Origin: a virus
Lineage: Duplodnaviria; Caudoviricetes
Strand: one strand, 5' to 3'
Virus record (IMG/VR): IMGVR_UViG_2765235998_000001
Span: 1 to 64,000 of that record
DNA length: 64,000 bases
Part shown: in pieces, positions 63,595-64,000 of the stretch
Numbering within the stretch: position 1 is the first letter of the stretch
Layout: each line of letters starts with the position of its first letter
Made by a program: the position numbers and the translations under genes
Notes under the pieces: model-generated
What the model was told of the DNA's origin: nothing
What the model saw: only the letters and a program-made list of their open reading frames with translations
Database searches by the model: none

Positions 63595-64000
63595 ATGCCT
63601 GACCTGTACGGATGGATCGTGGAGCAGATCACGGCTCAGGAGGTGGTTGCCCGGGCGGCAACGGACGGCCCGTGGAGTCTGCATCCCTGCCGGACCGATG
63701 AGCCGGGCGTTCTTGAGGTTCGCCATGGGGAGCAGCGCGGGACTGACATTGTCACGGATGCCTACACGGCGGACGCCTGGCATATCGCCGTGAACGGGCC
63801 GAACGTCGCACTGCGCCGGTGCGCTGCCGACCGGAAGCTCCTCGCCCTGCACAAGCCGCGCGGCGTGGACTGGGATGCCGAAGGCCGCGACTGGGCCGGG
63901 AACCCGTACGTGTGTGAGGGGTGCGGGCAGGAGGGCATCTGCCAGGACTGGGTGACCGAGCACGCCAACGACTGCCCCGTCCTCCTGGCGATAGCTGAGG
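63595..64000 (+). CDS. DUF6221-like protein (runs off the window)
   Basis: DL..WI..QI, AT.GPW, HIA...P...LRRC.ADRKLL..H. Confidence 0.7.
   Translation, partial: MPDLYGWIVEQITAQEVVARAATDGPWSLHPCRTDEPGVLEVRHGEQRGTDIVTDAYTADAWHIAVNGPNVALRRCAADRKLLALHKPRGVDWDAEGRDWAGNPYVCEGCGQEGICQDWVTEHANDCPVLLAIAE

Larger units (their letters stand above)
1..64000. mobile_element. Temperate phage-plasmid (plasmid prophage) of a Streptomyces-like host, partial
   Basis: Endolysin/holin/tail genes co-occur with ParA partition, two replication initiators, recombinases and a TraB-like FtsK translocase; high GC; no host core genes. Confidence 0.85.

Noticed and set aside
1-64000. attL/attR, rRNA, tRNA, IS elements, and reverse transcriptase or DGR
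   Set aside because: None recognisable by eye; the element boundaries are not in this window

Overview
High-GC actinobacterial (Streptomyces-like) mobile DNA that reads as a temperate phage-plasmid. No host housekeeping genes are evident, and head/terminase genes lie outside the window. Modules from left to right: lysis cassette and tail-fibre genes (0.5-5.4 kb); small accessory genes; an intact Cre/Xer-like tyrosine recombinase facing a catalytically degenerate one (8.3-11 kb); a 4x ribbon-helix-helix regulator, a Rad52-type annealing protein and WhiB (12.5-16.8 kb); a plasmid-type replicon (rep with DnaA boxes, two DciA homologues, a CTAG-phased centromere, ParA plus adaptor; 18-23.6 kb); short-gene early operons driven by a shared promoter/operator (26-45 kb); a second, lambda-O-like replicon with a truncated DnaB (47-49.6 kb); and a Streptomyces TraB-type conjugation region (52-62 kb). 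The most interesting observation is a secreted pro-peptide with three DTTWG repeats, the last at the C-terminus, encoded divergently from a LuxR-family regulator with a putative sensor domain (37.8-39.5 kb). This is a candidate arbitrium-like peptide communication system with a non-RRNPP receptor. All family calls come from motif recognition by eye; no searches were run.
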